Source of the DNA: Rhodobacter capsulatus SB 1003
GTDB lineage: Bacteria > Pseudomonadota > Alphaproteobacteria > Rhodobacterales > Rhodobacteraceae
Assembly: GCF_000021865.1 (NCBI RefSeq)
Contig: NC_014034.1
Location: forward strand, 1,980,001-2,012,000
Length of the DNA: 32,000 nucleotides
Reading direction: 5' to 3'
The position numbers were made by a program, and so were the translations under genes. This document shows positions 16,904 through 25,684 of the stretch, one piece after another. The notes under the pieces are model-generated. The model did not search any database and had not been told where the DNA came from. It saw nothing but the letters and a program-made list of their open reading frames with translations. Each line of letters opens with the position of its first letter. Position 1 is the first letter of the stretch.

Positions 16904-17935
16904 TCAGGACACCGGCAGCAGGATCAGGAACCGGCTGCCCTGGCCCTTTTCGCTTTCGATCTTCATCCGCCCGCGATGGCGCAGAACGATATGCTTGACG
17001 ATCGCCAGCCCCAGCCCGGTCCCGCCCTGCTCGCGCGAGCGATGGGTGTCGATGCGATAGAACCGCTCGGTCAGCCGCGGCAGATGAATCGGATCGATGC
17101 CTTCGCCGCGATCCGCCACCACGACCCGCAAGGCCGCGCGGCGCAGAACCGGCTCATAATCGATCTTATCGACAGAAATCCGCACCTCGCCGCCGCTGCC
17201 GCCGTATTTGATCGCATTCTCGATCAGGTTGGTGAAAACCTGCGTCAGCTGGTCGGGATCGGCGGGGATCTTCAACCCCTCGGTCAGGCCCTCGCGCAGC
17301 AGCTGCACCTGCCGCGCCTCGGCCAGGGGCGCCAGCGCCTGCATCGCGCCGCGCAGCACCGCGCCCAGATCCGTGCCCGTCGTCGGCCGCCGCCGCTCCT
17401 CGGCCTCGACCCGGCTGAGCGACAGAAGATCCCCCACCAGCCGGTTCATCCGCCCGGCTTCCCGCTCCATGATCGCCAGAAAGCGGTCGCGCGCCACCGG
17501 ATCGTCCTTGGCCGCACCGCGCAACGTCTCGACAAAGCCCATCAGGGCTGTCAGCGGCGTGCGCAGCTCGTGGCTGACATTGGCGACGAAATCGCGCCGC
17601 ATCGCCTCGGCCGTCTCGACCGCGGTGCGATCTTCGAAGGTCAGCACCAGGGAACCCTCGGCCAGCGCGGCGACCGTGACCAGTACCTGCGTCTCCCGCC
17701 CCTGACTGCCCAGCCGCAGCCGCACCTGCTGCCGTCCCTGCCCGGCCAGCACCGCCTCGACCGCCTCGATCAGCCCGGGCTGGCGCAGCACCGTCACCAG
17801 CGTCCGCCCCACCAGCCCCGTCCCCAGCAGCGCCTCGGCGCCGGAATTGGCATGCAGCACCCGCTGCGCGGGAGACACGAGCAGAATCGGAAACGGTAAC
17901 GTCTCGGCCAAGGAGATTGTTGACGAATCCGCCAT
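16904..17935 (-). CDS. Soluble PAS-domain sensor histidine kinase (PhoR-like HisKA/HATPase_c architecture)
   Basis: 343 aa. There is no hydrophobic N-terminal segment. An N-terminal PAS-like region is followed by the H-box FVANVSHELRTPLTAL, the N-box FTNLIENAIKYG and the G-box GGTGLGLAIVKHIV. Confidence 0.8.
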   Translation of the reverse strand: MADSSTISLAETLPFPILLVSPAQRVLHANSGAEALLGTGLVGRTLVTVLRQPGLIEAVEAVLAGQGRQQVRLRLGSQGRETQVLVTVAALAEGSLVLTFEDRTAVETAEAMRRDFVANVSHELRTPLTALMGFVETLRGAAKDDPVARDRFLAIMEREAGRMNRLVGDLLSLSRVEAEERRRPTTGTDLGAVLRGAMQALAPLAEARQVQLLREGLTEGLKIPADPDQLTQVFTNLIENAIKYGGSGGEVRISVDKIDYEPVLRRAALRVVVADRGEGIDPIHLPRLTERFYRIDTHRSREQGGTGLGLAIVKHIVLRHRGRMKIESEKGQGSRFLILLPVS

Positions 17936-18096
17936 TTTTCGGTCACCCTGACATATCCAATGCTTGACCCGAGCAAGCTTCGGGAAACGATACCCAAGTT
18001 CAAGGCCGCATGCAAAAGCCAGGGGGGCTAAGCTTTTGCTGAATTCGCGGATGTTGTTGTCATGAGCGATGGGTTTCCGTCGCAGTACCGGATGGA

Positions 18097-18495
18097 ATGA
18101 TGCCCCCGCCGATCGATGCCCCCAAAAGCAGCAAACGTCTTGATCCCGCCGAGGTGTCGCTGGCCGGGCGCCGCATTCTGGTGGTCGACCCGTCGCAATC
18201 CCTGCCGCGTGCCCTGCGCGGCGTGCAGGGCGCCTCGATCACCATCGCGCGGCTGGCGATGATCGACGCCGAGATGCTGGCCCGTGTCAGCCCCGATGTC
18301 GTGCTGGCGCCGCTGTTCAGCCCGGGGCACGACATTCTGGACCTTGCCCGTCTGCTGGACCGGCTCGGCTATCAAGGACCGCTGCGGGCCTATTCGCCCC
18401 CCCTGCCCAACACCGCGATCGTTTGCGCCGAAGTGCGCCAGATCTGGGGGGGCCGCGATTTCGACATCCTCGAAGTGCCGCCCAGCTGGAACTGA
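18097..18495 (+). CDS. Hypothetical 132-aa protein (possible degenerate receiver-like fold)
   Basis: The ORF shows strong third-position GC bias in this frame, unlike the antisense 18028..18375 ORF. The sequence shows alternating beta/alpha-like patterning (RILVVDPS ... DVVLAPLFSPGHDILDLARLL). I recognised no family motif. Confidence 0.6.
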   Translation: MMPPPIDAPKSSKRLDPAEVSLAGRRILVVDPSQSLPRALRGVQGASITIARLAMIDAEMLARVSPDVVLAPLFSPGHDILDLARLLDRLGYQGPLRAYSPPLPNTAIVCAEVRQIWGGRDFDILEVPPSWN

Positions 18496-19014
18496 TCAGA
18501 CGGGCGTCAGCCCGCGGGCGAACCGCGCCGCATTGGCGCGGTAATGTTCGGCCGATCGCAACAGCCGCGCCCGGGCGGCCGCGTCAAGCTCCCGCACCAC
18601 CTTGCCCGGCGCGCCCATCACCAGCGATCCGTCCGGGATCTCCTTGCCCTCGGTGATCAGCGCCCCGGCGCCGATCAGGCAGCCGCGTCCGATCTTCGCC
18701 CCGTTCAGCACCACCGCCCCCATCCCGATCAAGGACCCCTCGCCGATCGTGCAGCCATGCAGCATCGCCCGATGGCCGATGGTGCAATGCGCCCCGATGA
18801 GCAGCGGAAAGCCCATGTCGGTATGGCAGATCACCGATTCCTGCAGATTCGTTCCGGCCCCGACCCGAATTTCCTCGTTGTCGCCGCGCAGGGTGCAGCC
18901 GAACCAGACCGAGGCGCCCTCTTCCAGCACCACCTTGCCGATCACATTCGCATCGGGCGCCACCCAGACACCCTGCCCCAGCACAGGCGCAACACCGTCC
19001 AGCGCATAGATCAT
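18496..19014 (-). CDS. Gamma-carbonic-anhydrase-like / hexapeptide-repeat (LbH) protein
   Basis: 172 aa. It shows repeated [LIV]G-x4 hexapeptide periodicity and the His-containing segment [26 protein letters not shown], typical of the YrdA/PaaY/gamma-CA family. Its start ATG overlaps the gmk stop (ATGA). Confidence 0.85.
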   Translation of the reverse strand: MIYALDGVAPVLGQGVWVAPDANVIGKVVLEEGASVWFGCTLRGDNEEIRVGAGTNLQESVICHTDMGFPLLIGAHCTIGHRAMLHGCTIGEGSLIGMGAVVLNGAKIGRGCLIGAGALITEGKEIPDGSLVMGAPGKVVRELDAAARARLLRSAEHYRANAARFARGLTPV

Positions 19015-19655
19015 CTTGCCTCGAACTCCCTGTTCAGCCCGCGCACGAACTCGGTCAGCCCCGGCTGGCGCACCGCCCGCGCCCGTTCCGCCTGCAGGAT
19101 CGTCACCAGCTCGGCCTCGGAAGCCGCGATATCGCGGTTGATCACGACGTAATCATATTCGCCCCAATGGCTGATCTCGTCGCGGCTTTTCGCCATCCGC
19201 CCGGCAATCACCTCGTCGCTGTCCTGCGCGCGCATCCGCAACCGCCGCTCCAGATCGGCGATCGAGGGCGGCAGGATGAAGATCGACACCACATCCTGCG
19301 CCAATCTCGAGCGCCGCACCTGCTGACCGCCCTGCCAGTCGATATCCAGAATCACATCCCGCCCCTCGGCCAGCCGCGCCTCGACCGGGGCCGAGGGCGT
19401 GCCGTAAAGATTGCCGAAGACCTCGGCATGTTCCAGCATCTCGCCCGCCGCCACCATCGCTTCGAATTCGGGGCGCGAGCGGAAATAATATTCCCGCCCG
19501 TCTTCCTCGCCCGGGCGCGGATTGCGCGTCGTCGCCGAGACCGAAAACGACAGCGACGCATCCCAGGCCATCAGCCGCCGCGCCAAGGTCGATTTCCCCG
19601 CCCCCGAAGGCGAGGACAGGATGATCAAAAGGCCCCGGCGCCGCATCTCGGGCAT
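19011..19655 (-). CDS. gmk: Guanylate kinase
   Basis: 214 aa. It contains the P-loop [12 protein letters not shown] plus [21 protein letters not shown] lies 6 nt upstream of the ATG at 19655. Confidence 0.9.
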   Translation of the reverse strand: MPEMRRRGLLIILSSPSGAGKSTLARRLMAWDASLSFSVSATTRNPRPGEEDGREYYFRSRPEFEAMVAAGEMLEHAEVFGNLYGTPSAPVEARLAEGRDVILDIDWQGGQQVRRSRLAQDVVSIFILPPSIADLERRLRMRAQDSDEVIAGRMAKSRDEISHWGEYDYVVINRDIAASEAELVTILQAERARAVRQPGLTEFVRGLNREFEAR

Positions 19656-19658
19656 GAC

Positions 19659-20531
19659 TTACTCCACGTTCTGAATCTGCTCGCGCATCTGGTCGATCAC
19701 ATGTTTCAGGTCAAGCCCGATCGCGGTCAACGCGGTCGATCCCGACTTCGAACAGAGCGTATTCGATTCGCGCACGAATTCCTGCGTCAGAAAATCGAAC
19801 TTGCGCCCGATCGGCCCGGGATCCGTCAAAAGCGCCCGCGCCGCCGCCACATGCGCCCGCAGCCGGTCGATTTCCTCGGTCACGTCGGCCTTGACCGCCA
19901 GCAGCGCCAGTTCCTGCGCCACCCGCTGCGGATCGCCCCCGGTCTCCAGCACCCGCGCCAGCGCCGCCTGCAGCGCCGCCGCCACCTCGGGCCGCCGCGC
20001 CTCGGCCATTTTTGCCGCCTGCTCGGTCAGATCGGCGATTCTGTCGATCTGCGCCACAATTATGCCACCAAGCTGCCCGCCTTCGGCCGCACGCATTGCC
20101 AGAAAATCAACCAGAAGCCGGTCCAGATCGGCCAGCAGCGCCTCGCGCAGCGGCCCCTGCTCCTCGGTTTCGCCGCCGCCCTGATCCAGCACGCCGCGCA
20201 GCGACAGCAGGTCCGTGGCCCGCGCCGGAGCGAGGCTGACCCCATGCTGCCGCGCCGCCTCCTCGACCTCGCGCAAAGCCGCCAGCGCGGCCGCCAGACC
20301 AGGCCCCGAAAGACGCAGCCGATCCGCCCCGCTTCCCCGCGCAAGCTTCAGTGAAAGCTGAATATTCCCGCGCGAGACCCGCTGCGTCAGCGCCGCCCGC
20401 ACAGCCCCCTCCAGCCCCTCGATCTCGGGCAGGCGCAGCCGCAGATCCAGGCCCTTGCCATTGACCGAGCGGATCTCCCACAGCCAGTCATGGCCATGGC
20501 CGGAACCGGAAACAGAGGCAAAGCCGGTCAT
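19659..20531 (-). CDS. yicC: YicC-family stress-induced protein
   Basis: ORF 19659..20579 (-). It contains SMTGFASVSG ... WEIRSVNGKGLDLRLRLPE and the C-terminal DLKHVIDQMREQIQNVE, matching the YicC_N/DUF1732 pattern. The start at 20531 gives 290 aa, typical for the family. The upstream ATG at 20579 remains possible. Confidence 0.8.
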   Translation of the reverse strand: MTGFASVSGSGHGHDWLWEIRSVNGKGLDLRLRLPEIEGLEGAVRAALTQRVSRGNIQLSLKLARGSGADRLRLSGPGLAAALAALREVEEAARQHGVSLAPARATDLLSLRGVLDQGGGETEEQGPLREALLADLDRLLVDFLAMRAAEGGQLGGIIVAQIDRIADLTEQAAKMAEARRPEVAAALQAALARVLETGGDPQRVAQELALLAVKADVTEEIDRLRAHVAAARALLTDPGPIGRKFDFLTQEFVRESNTLCSKSGSTALTAIGLDLKHVIDQMREQIQNVE

Positions 20532-20779
20532 CGACAGCGGGCCTTGCAGCGAACGGGCGGTAGAGACAGGTTTAACCATTTAAGACTTTAGTTCCCCATA
20601 TGGCCGAAAAAAGGCGTATTAAGACTTCAGTAAGCATTTCACTCCCGGGGTCAACCGAAAGACCCGAAACGCCACAGGCCGGGGGTGCAGGGGACGGCAG
20701 CCTCGGCTGCGGGGACAGTTGCAGCTTCGGGCTGCATCGCAATGGCGCGGCTGCGGCCGCAAACACGGGAAGAACGACG

Positions 20780-21541
20780 ATGGACCGCGACTTCGACACA
20801 GTTGAAAAAGTGGCACGGCTTGGGCAGGCTGGCGTCGGGCGGCGCATCGTGGCGCAGATGCGGGCCTATTGGGAAGGGCTGCGCGCCGGTCGCGACGTGC
20901 CCGCCCGGGCCGACATCGACCCGCGCGGTCTGGAAAACGCGCTCGAATATGCCTTCATCCTGGAACGCGTCGCCCCCGGCATGGGCCGCTTCCGTCTGGC
21001 GGGCATGCATCTGAACGATCTGATGGGGATGGAAATCCGCGGCATGCCGCTGACCGCGATGTTCACCCCCGAGGGCCGCAAACGCGTCGCCGATGCGACC
21101 GAGGCGGTGTTTCAGGGCCCGGCCATCGCCGAACTGGTGCTGACCGCCGAAGCCGGGATCGGCAAGCCGCCGATGACGGCGCGGCTGCTGCTGTTGCCGA
21201 TGACCTCGGACATGGGCGACGTGACCCGCATCCTGGGCTGTCTGGTCGGCGAAGGCCAGGGCATCGGCCGCACCCCGCGCCGCTTCCTGGTCGATGCCGC
21301 GCATGTGCAGCCGATCACGCCTTGTGCTTCCACCGCGCCGCTGCCCGCCCCGGTCCGCCCCGAGGCCTTCGGTCTGGGCAAGCGCCTGCCGCATCTGAAC
21401 ACGCCGAAAACGCCGACGCTCGCCCCCGCGCCCGCCGCCCGGACCCCCGCCGCCCAGACCCCGGTGGCGCAGCCGCCGCGGCAGCCGGTCTCGGCGATGA
21501 CGCCCGAGGAACGCCGGGCGATGTTCCGGGTGGTGAAGTAA
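20780..21541 (+). CDS. PAS_5 (DUF1457)-like protein with a Pro/Ala-rich C-terminal tail
   Basis: ORF 20600..21541 (+). The core YWEGLRAGRDVPARADIDPRGLENALEYAFILERV...RFRLAGMHLNDLMGMEIRG resembles the alphaproteobacterial PAS_5 family, recognised from memory and not searched. I chose the start at 20780 (MDRDFDTV) because the preceding 60 codons are low-complexity with poor codon bias. Confidence 0.65.
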   Translation: MDRDFDTVEKVARLGQAGVGRRIVAQMRAYWEGLRAGRDVPARADIDPRGLENALEYAFILERVAPGMGRFRLAGMHLNDLMGMEIRGMPLTAMFTPEGRKRVADATEAVFQGPAIAELVLTAEAGIGKPPMTARLLLLPMTSDMGDVTRILGCLVGEGQGIGRTPRRFLVDAAHVQPITPCASTAPLPAPVRPEAFGLGKRLPHLNTPKTPTLAPAPAARTPAAQTPVAQPPRQPVSAMTPEERRAMFRVVK

Positions 21542-21553
21542 GATCCCCGCAAG

Positions 21554-21589
21554 AAAAAGGCCCGGCATCACCGCCGGGCCTTTTCTTTT
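21554..21589. terminator. Bidirectional rho-independent terminator (PAS_5 gene / DAHP synthase)
   Basis: AAAAA-GGCCCGGC-atcacc-GCCGGGCC-TTTTCTTTT. An 8-bp GC stem is flanked by A- and T-runs, between convergent genes. Confidence 0.8.
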
Positions 21590-21613
21590 GAACCAAGGAC
21601 TTGCGGGGCGATC

Positions 21614-22984
21614 TTAAAGCCCCGCAGCCTTTTTCATCACGCGCAGGTCCTGCAGCTCCTCGGCGACGAGGAAGGCCAGTTCCAGCGATTGGCTGGCGTT
21701 CAGCCGCGGATCGCAGGCGGTGTGATAGCGGCTCGACAGGTCTTCGTCAGAGACCGCCCGCACGCCGCCGGTGCATTCGGTCACATCCTTGCCGGTCATC
21801 TCGAAATGCACGCCGCCCGGGATCGTGGCCTCGGCCTTGTGGATGGCAAAGAACTCGCGCACCTCGCGCAGCACGGAATCGAACGGCCGCGTCTTGAAGC
21901 CCGAGGCCGATTTGATCGTGTTGCCATGCATCGGATCGCAGGTCCAAAGCACCTGCGCCCCTTCGGCCTGCACGGTGCGGATCAGCCGCGGCAGATGCTC
22001 GCCCACCTTGCCCGCGCCAAAGCGCGCGATCAGCGTCAGCCGCCCCGGTTCATTTTGCGGATTAAGCTTCGCCATCAACAGCTTGAGATCTTCCTCGGTG
22101 GTCGAGGGACCGCATTTCAGCCCGATCGGGTTTTGCACGCCGCGGCAGAATTCGACATGCGCACCATCGACCTGCCGGGTCCGGTCCCCGATCCACAGCA
22201 TGTGACCCGAGCCCGCGATCGGCAGCCCCGTCGTGCTGTCGATCCGGCACAGCGCCTCTTCATATTCCAGCAGCAGCGCCTCGTGGCTGGTGTAGAAATC
22301 GACCTTGCCCAGCTGATGCGCCGTCTCCGAGGTCACGCCCGCGGCGGCCATGAAATCCATCGCATCCGAGATCCGCTCCGCCACTTCGCGATAGCGCGCG
22401 GCATCGGCCTCGTCGGTAAAGCCCGAAATCCAGCTTTGCACCCGGTGAATATCGGCATAGCCGCCGGTCGAAAACGCCCGCAGCAGATTGAGCGAGGCCG
22501 CCGCCTGGGTATAGGCCTGCAGCATCCGGTTCGGATCGGGCAGCCGGGCTTCCTGCGTCGCTTCGAACCCGTTCACGATATCGCCGCGGTAACTCGGATA
22601 TTCGACGCCGCCGATGATTTCGGTCGGCGCCGAGCGCGGCTTGGCGAATTGCCCGGCCATCCGCCCGACCTTGATCACCGGAACCTTCGCCCCCCAGGTC
22701 AGCACGATCGCCATCTGCAACAACACCTTGAAGGTGTCGCGCAGGTTGTCGGCGGAAAATTCGGTGAAGCTTTCGGCGCAATCGCCGCCCTGCAACAGGA
22801 ACGCCTCGCCCTTCGCGGCCTTCGCCAGATCGGCCTTCAGCCGCCGCGCCTCACCGGCAAAGACCAGCGGCGGCATCTTGCCCAGCTGCGCCTCGACCGC
22901 GGTCAGGGCCGCAGCGTCGGGATAATCGGGCATCTGCACCCGCGGCTTCGCGCGCCAGTCCGATTTCATCCATGCCTTGGCCAT
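21614..22984 (-). CDS. 3-deoxy-D-arabino-heptulosonate-7-phosphate synthase, class II (plant-like)
   Basis: This is the C-terminal 456 aa of the 900-aa track ORF. It contains [46 protein letters not shown] and [15 protein letters not shown] lies 6 nt upstream of the ATG at 22984. The upstream remainder of the 900-aa ORF is antisense to the AraC gene. Confidence 0.9.
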   Translation of the reverse strand: MAKAWMKSDWRAKPRVQMPDYPDAAALTAVEAQLGKMPPLVFAGEARRLKADLAKAAKGEAFLLQGGDCAESFTEFSADNLRDTFKVLLQMAIVLTWGAKVPVIKVGRMAGQFAKPRSAPTEIIGGVEYPSYRGDIVNGFEATQEARLPDPNRMLQAYTQAAASLNLLRAFSTGGYADIHRVQSWISGFTDEADAARYREVAERISDAMDFMAAAGVTSETAHQLGKVDFYTSHEALLLEYEEALCRIDSTTGLPIAGSGHMLWIGDRTRQVDGAHVEFCRGVQNPIGLKCGPSTTEEDLKLLMAKLNPQNEPGRLTLIARFGAGKVGEHLPRLIRTVQAEGAQVLWTCDPMHGNTIKSASGFKTRPFDSVLREVREFFAIHKAEATIPGGVHFEMTGKDVTECTGGVRAVSDEDLSSRYHTACDPRLNASQSLELAFLVAEELQDLRVMKKAAGL

Positions 22985-23149
22985 AGTCCACTCCCTTCGG
23001 GGCTTTTCGTCGCCCGGCCTTATAAAGCGATGCGTGAAATAGAACAAACCCGTTTTTCGGCCCCGGCCCCCGGGCTGGCAAGCGGCTTGCCCAGACCGAA
23101 AGGCCCCCTTGCGCTGCGACGCAAAGCCTGATTGTGTGCGTGAAACGAC

Positions 23150-24265
23150 ATGAAAGACGTCGCAAAAATGCGCCTCCCCTCGACCACCCCCCGCACCCAC
23201 ACCCGCCCCGCGCCCTCGCAGGGCACTGTGCGCCTGACCGCGCCCGAACGCTCGCGCCGCTACGTGTTCTTGCTGCTCGACCGCTTCACCATGATGGCCT
23301 TTGCCAGCGCGATCGAGCCGCTGCGACTGGCCAATCAGGTCTCGGGGCTGAAGCTTTACGACTGGAAACTGGCCTCGGACGACGGCCAGGACGTCACCTG
23401 TTCGAACGGCACGGTGTTGCGCGTCGACATGGGGCTCGACGAGATCTCGCGCGATGACACCGTGCTGGTCTGCGGCGGCATCGACGTGGCCGAGGCGACG
23501 ACGAAGCCGATCCTGAACTGGCTGCGCCGCGAGGCCCGGCGCGGGGCGGCGGTGGGCGGGCTGTGCACCGGCGCCTGGGCGGTGGCCAAGGCCGGTCTGC
23601 TCGACGGCAAGCGCGCCACCATACATTGGGAGAATCAGGACAGCTTCCTCGAGGATTTCGAGGGGGTGAAGCTGACGAAATCGGTCTTCGTGATCGACGG
23701 CAACCGGCTGACCTCGGCCGGGGGGACGGCCTCGATCGATCTGATGCTGAAGCAGATTGCCCGCGATCATGGCGAGGGTCTGGCCAATACGGTCGCCGAT
23801 CAGTTGATCTACAACTCGATCCGCACCGATCAGGACACGCAAAGGTTGTCGATCCCGACCCGGATCGGCGTGCGGCATCCGAAACTGGCCCAGGTGATCG
23901 GCCAGATGGAGGCCAATATCGAAGAGCCGATCAGCCCGGCGAAACTGGCCGAGGATGTGGGCATGTCCACCCGCCAGCTGGAACGGCTGTTCCGCCGCTA
24001 TCTGAACCGCTCGCCAAAGCGCTATTACATGGAGATCCGCCTGCAAAAGGCCCGCAACCTGTTGATGCAAACGGAAATGAGCGTGATCAACGTGGCCTTG
24101 GCCTGCGGCTTCGCCTCGCCCTCGCATTTCTCGAAATGCTACCGCGCGCATTACCAGACCACGCCCTATCGCGAACGCGGCACCTCGGGCGGGGCCGAGG
24201 AAGAGGCGGCCGAAAGCGTCGTCGAAGCGGGGCTGGATGGTCTCGACGAGGATTTTCTTGACTGA
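23150..24265 (+). CDS. GlxA-type AraC-family transcriptional regulator (DJ-1/PfpI-like N-domain plus AraC HTH)
   Basis: 371 aa. It contains [26 protein letters not shown] and [25 protein letters not shown] (amidotransferase-like domain), plus C-terminal [27 protein letters not shown] (AraC HTH). The start is uncertain (23150 or 23168), with no clear SD for either. Confidence 0.85.
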   Translation: MKDVAKMRLPSTTPRTHTRPAPSQGTVRLTAPERSRRYVFLLLDRFTMMAFASAIEPLRLANQVSGLKLYDWKLASDDGQDVTCSNGTVLRVDMGLDEISRDDTVLVCGGIDVAEATTKPILNWLRREARRGAAVGGLCTGAWAVAKAGLLDGKRATIHWENQDSFLEDFEGVKLTKSVFVIDGNRLTSAGGTASIDLMLKQIARDHGEGLANTVADQLIYNSIRTDQDTQRLSIPTRIGVRHPKLAQVIGQMEANIEEPISPAKLAEDVGMSTRQLERLFRRYLNRSPKRYYMEIRLQKARNLLMQTEMSVINVALACGFASPSHFSKCYRAHYQTTPYRERGTSGGAEEEAAESVVEAGLDGLDEDFLD

Positions 24266-24391
24266 TGCGTCAGAATGTTGCGCAAAACGGGCCGGTTCAG
24301 ATCGAAACTTGACCAACTGGCCTATTTTCTTTTCCAGTTTCCGGTTCTAACCTGCGCCGCCAGGACAATGTTCCAACTTGGGAGTGAACAC

Positions 24392-25576
24392 ATGAAGAAG
24401 CTTCTCCTGGCAAGTGCCACGCTGGCGCTGACCGCTGGCGGTGCCTTTGCCGACGAAGTGAAACTGGGCATCTCGCTCGGCTTCACCGGTCCGCTCGAAT
24501 CGATGTCGCCCGCGATGGCGCAGGGTGCCGAACTGGCGATGAAGGAAGTGAGCGACTCGGGCAAGTTCATGGGCGGTGCGACCGTCGTGGGCGTGCGGGG
24601 CGACAGCACCTGCATCGACTCGGCGGCAGCCTCGGCCACCGTCGAAAAACTGATCACCGCCGATGGCGTCAAGGGGATCGTCGGCGGCATGTGCTCGGGC
24701 GAAACCGTCGCCTCGCTGCAAAACGTCGCCATGCCGAAGGGCGTCGTGATGATCTCGCCCTCGGCCACCTCGCCCGCGCTCTCGACGCTCGAGGACAACG
24801 GCCTGTTCTTCCGCACCTCGCCCTCGGATGCGCGCCAGTCCGAAGTGATGACCGACATCATCATGGAACACGGCATCAAGTCGGTGGCGCTGACCTATAC
24901 CAACAACGACTACGGCAAGGGCCTGGCCGACAGCTTCGCCGCAGCTTTCGAAGCCAAGGGCGGCAAGGTCACGATCAACGCCGCACATGACGACGGCAAG
25001 CCGGATTACTCGGCCGAAGTCGCCTCGCTGGCCTCGGCCGGCGGCGAAGCGCTGGTGATCGCGGGCTATGTCGACCAGGGCGGTTCGGGCATCCTGCGCG
25101 GCGCGCTCGACACCGGCGCCTTCTCGACCTTCGTCTTCCCCGACGGCATGGTCGGCGGCAAGCTCGAGACTGATTTCGGCAAGGAAGTCAACGGCTCCTT
25201 CGGCCAGATGCCGTCGTCGGAAGGCGAAGGCAAGGACAAGTTCCTCGCCGCCGCGACCGCCGCGGGCTTTGACGGCACCGGCGTCTATTCGGGCGAGGCC
25301 TATGATGCGGCTTCGCTGATCCTGCTGTCGATGGCAGCTGCCAATTCGACCGATCCGGCCGTCTACAAGGGCAAGGTGATGGATGTCGCCAATGCTCCGG
25401 GCGAAAAGATCCTTCCCGGCGAGCTCGGCAAGGCGCTCGATCTGATCGCGGCCGGTCAGGACATCGACTATCAGGGCGCGACCTCGGTCGAGCTGATCGG
25501 CGCGGGCGAATCCGCCGGCACCTTCCGCGAAATCGAGATCAAGGACGACAAGATCGAAACCGTCAAATACCGCTGA
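24392..25576 (+). CDS. ABC transporter periplasmic substrate-binding protein (LivJ / Peripla_BP_6 type)
   Basis: ORF 24275..25576 (+). The start at 24392 has GGGAGTG 6 nt upstream. The signal peptide is MKKLLLASATLALTAGGAFA|DE. The mature protein has the cluster-4 amino-acid/amide SBP pattern (KLGISLGFTGP, ISPSATSP, YTNNDYGKG). Confidence 0.9.
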   Translation: MKKLLLASATLALTAGGAFADEVKLGISLGFTGPLESMSPAMAQGAELAMKEVSDSGKFMGGATVVGVRGDSTCIDSAAASATVEKLITADGVKGIVGGMCSGETVASLQNVAMPKGVVMISPSATSPALSTLEDNGLFFRTSPSDARQSEVMTDIIMEHGIKSVALTYTNNDYGKGLADSFAAAFEAKGGKVTINAAHDDGKPDYSAEVASLASAGGEALVIAGYVDQGGSGILRGALDTGAFSTFVFPDGMVGGKLETDFGKEVNGSFGQMPSSEGEGKDKFLAAATAAGFDGTGVYSGEAYDAASLILLSMAAANSTDPAVYKGKVMDVANAPGEKILPGELGKALDLIAAGQDIDYQGATSVELIGAGESAGTFREIEIKDDKIETVKYR

Positions 25577-25596
25577 GGTTTCGAAAGAGATCGAAG

Positions 25597-25626
25597 CAGC
25601 CCGGAGAAATCCGGGCTGTTTCCTTT
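25597..25626 (+). terminator. Intra-operon stem-loop after the SBP gene (partial terminator or mRNA stabiliser)
   Basis: CAGCCCGG-agaaat-CCGGGCTG-TTTCCTTT lies 21 nt after the SBP stop and 59 nt before the first ATPase gene. Confidence 0.55.
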
Positions 25627-25684
25627 GAAAACAAAGCCGAAAACGGCACAGAGACCGGCCCTTCGGGGCCACCGAGGGGACTGC

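Noticed and set aside
17945-17970. Possible Pho box (CTGACATATCCAATGCTTGACC) upstream of the PhoR-like kinase
   Set aside because: Only the first half-site resembles CTGTCAT. The second half-site at the required 11-bp phase does not match, so this is too weak to call.
20600-20779. 60-codon N-terminal extension of the PAS_5-like ORF (MAEKRRIKTSVSISLPGSTERPETPQAGGAGDGSLG...)
   Set aside because: The extension has low-complexity composition and weak codon bias, and it contains the AT-rich repeats and tandem hairpins, which look non-coding. The internal ATG at 20780 is preferred. This is not excluded and is flagged for experimental start mapping.
21602-21626. Hairpin TGCGGGGC-N9-GCCCCGCA spanning the DAHP synthase stop codon
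   Set aside because: It is probably just an auxiliary structure next to the clear bidirectional terminator at 21554..21589. Nothing suggests recoding, because the stop is TAA with a normal C-terminus.
23077-23091. 15-bp palindrome GGCAAGC-G-GCTTGCC between the DAHP synthase and the AraC regulator gene
   Set aside because: This is a GC-rich short dyad of a kind that arises frequently by chance at this GC content. There is no flanking U-tract and no repeat copy, so it is noted but not promoted to a finding.
21614-24316. 900-aa minus-strand ORF that could look like a giant fusion protein
   Set aside because: Only the C-terminal 456 aa (from ATG 22984, with a good SD) is DAHP synthase. The N-terminal 444 aa is Arg/Gly/Ala-rich nonsense running antisense through the AraC/GlxA gene at 23150..24265, which has clear domains on the plus strand.
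24311-24345. Possible sigma-54 or sigma-70 promoter (TTGACC ... TGGCC ... TATTTT) upstream of the SBP gene
   Set aside because: The spacing between the -35-like and -10-like hexamers is non-canonical, and there is no GG-N10-GC arrangement. I cannot support a promoter call from the sequence alone.
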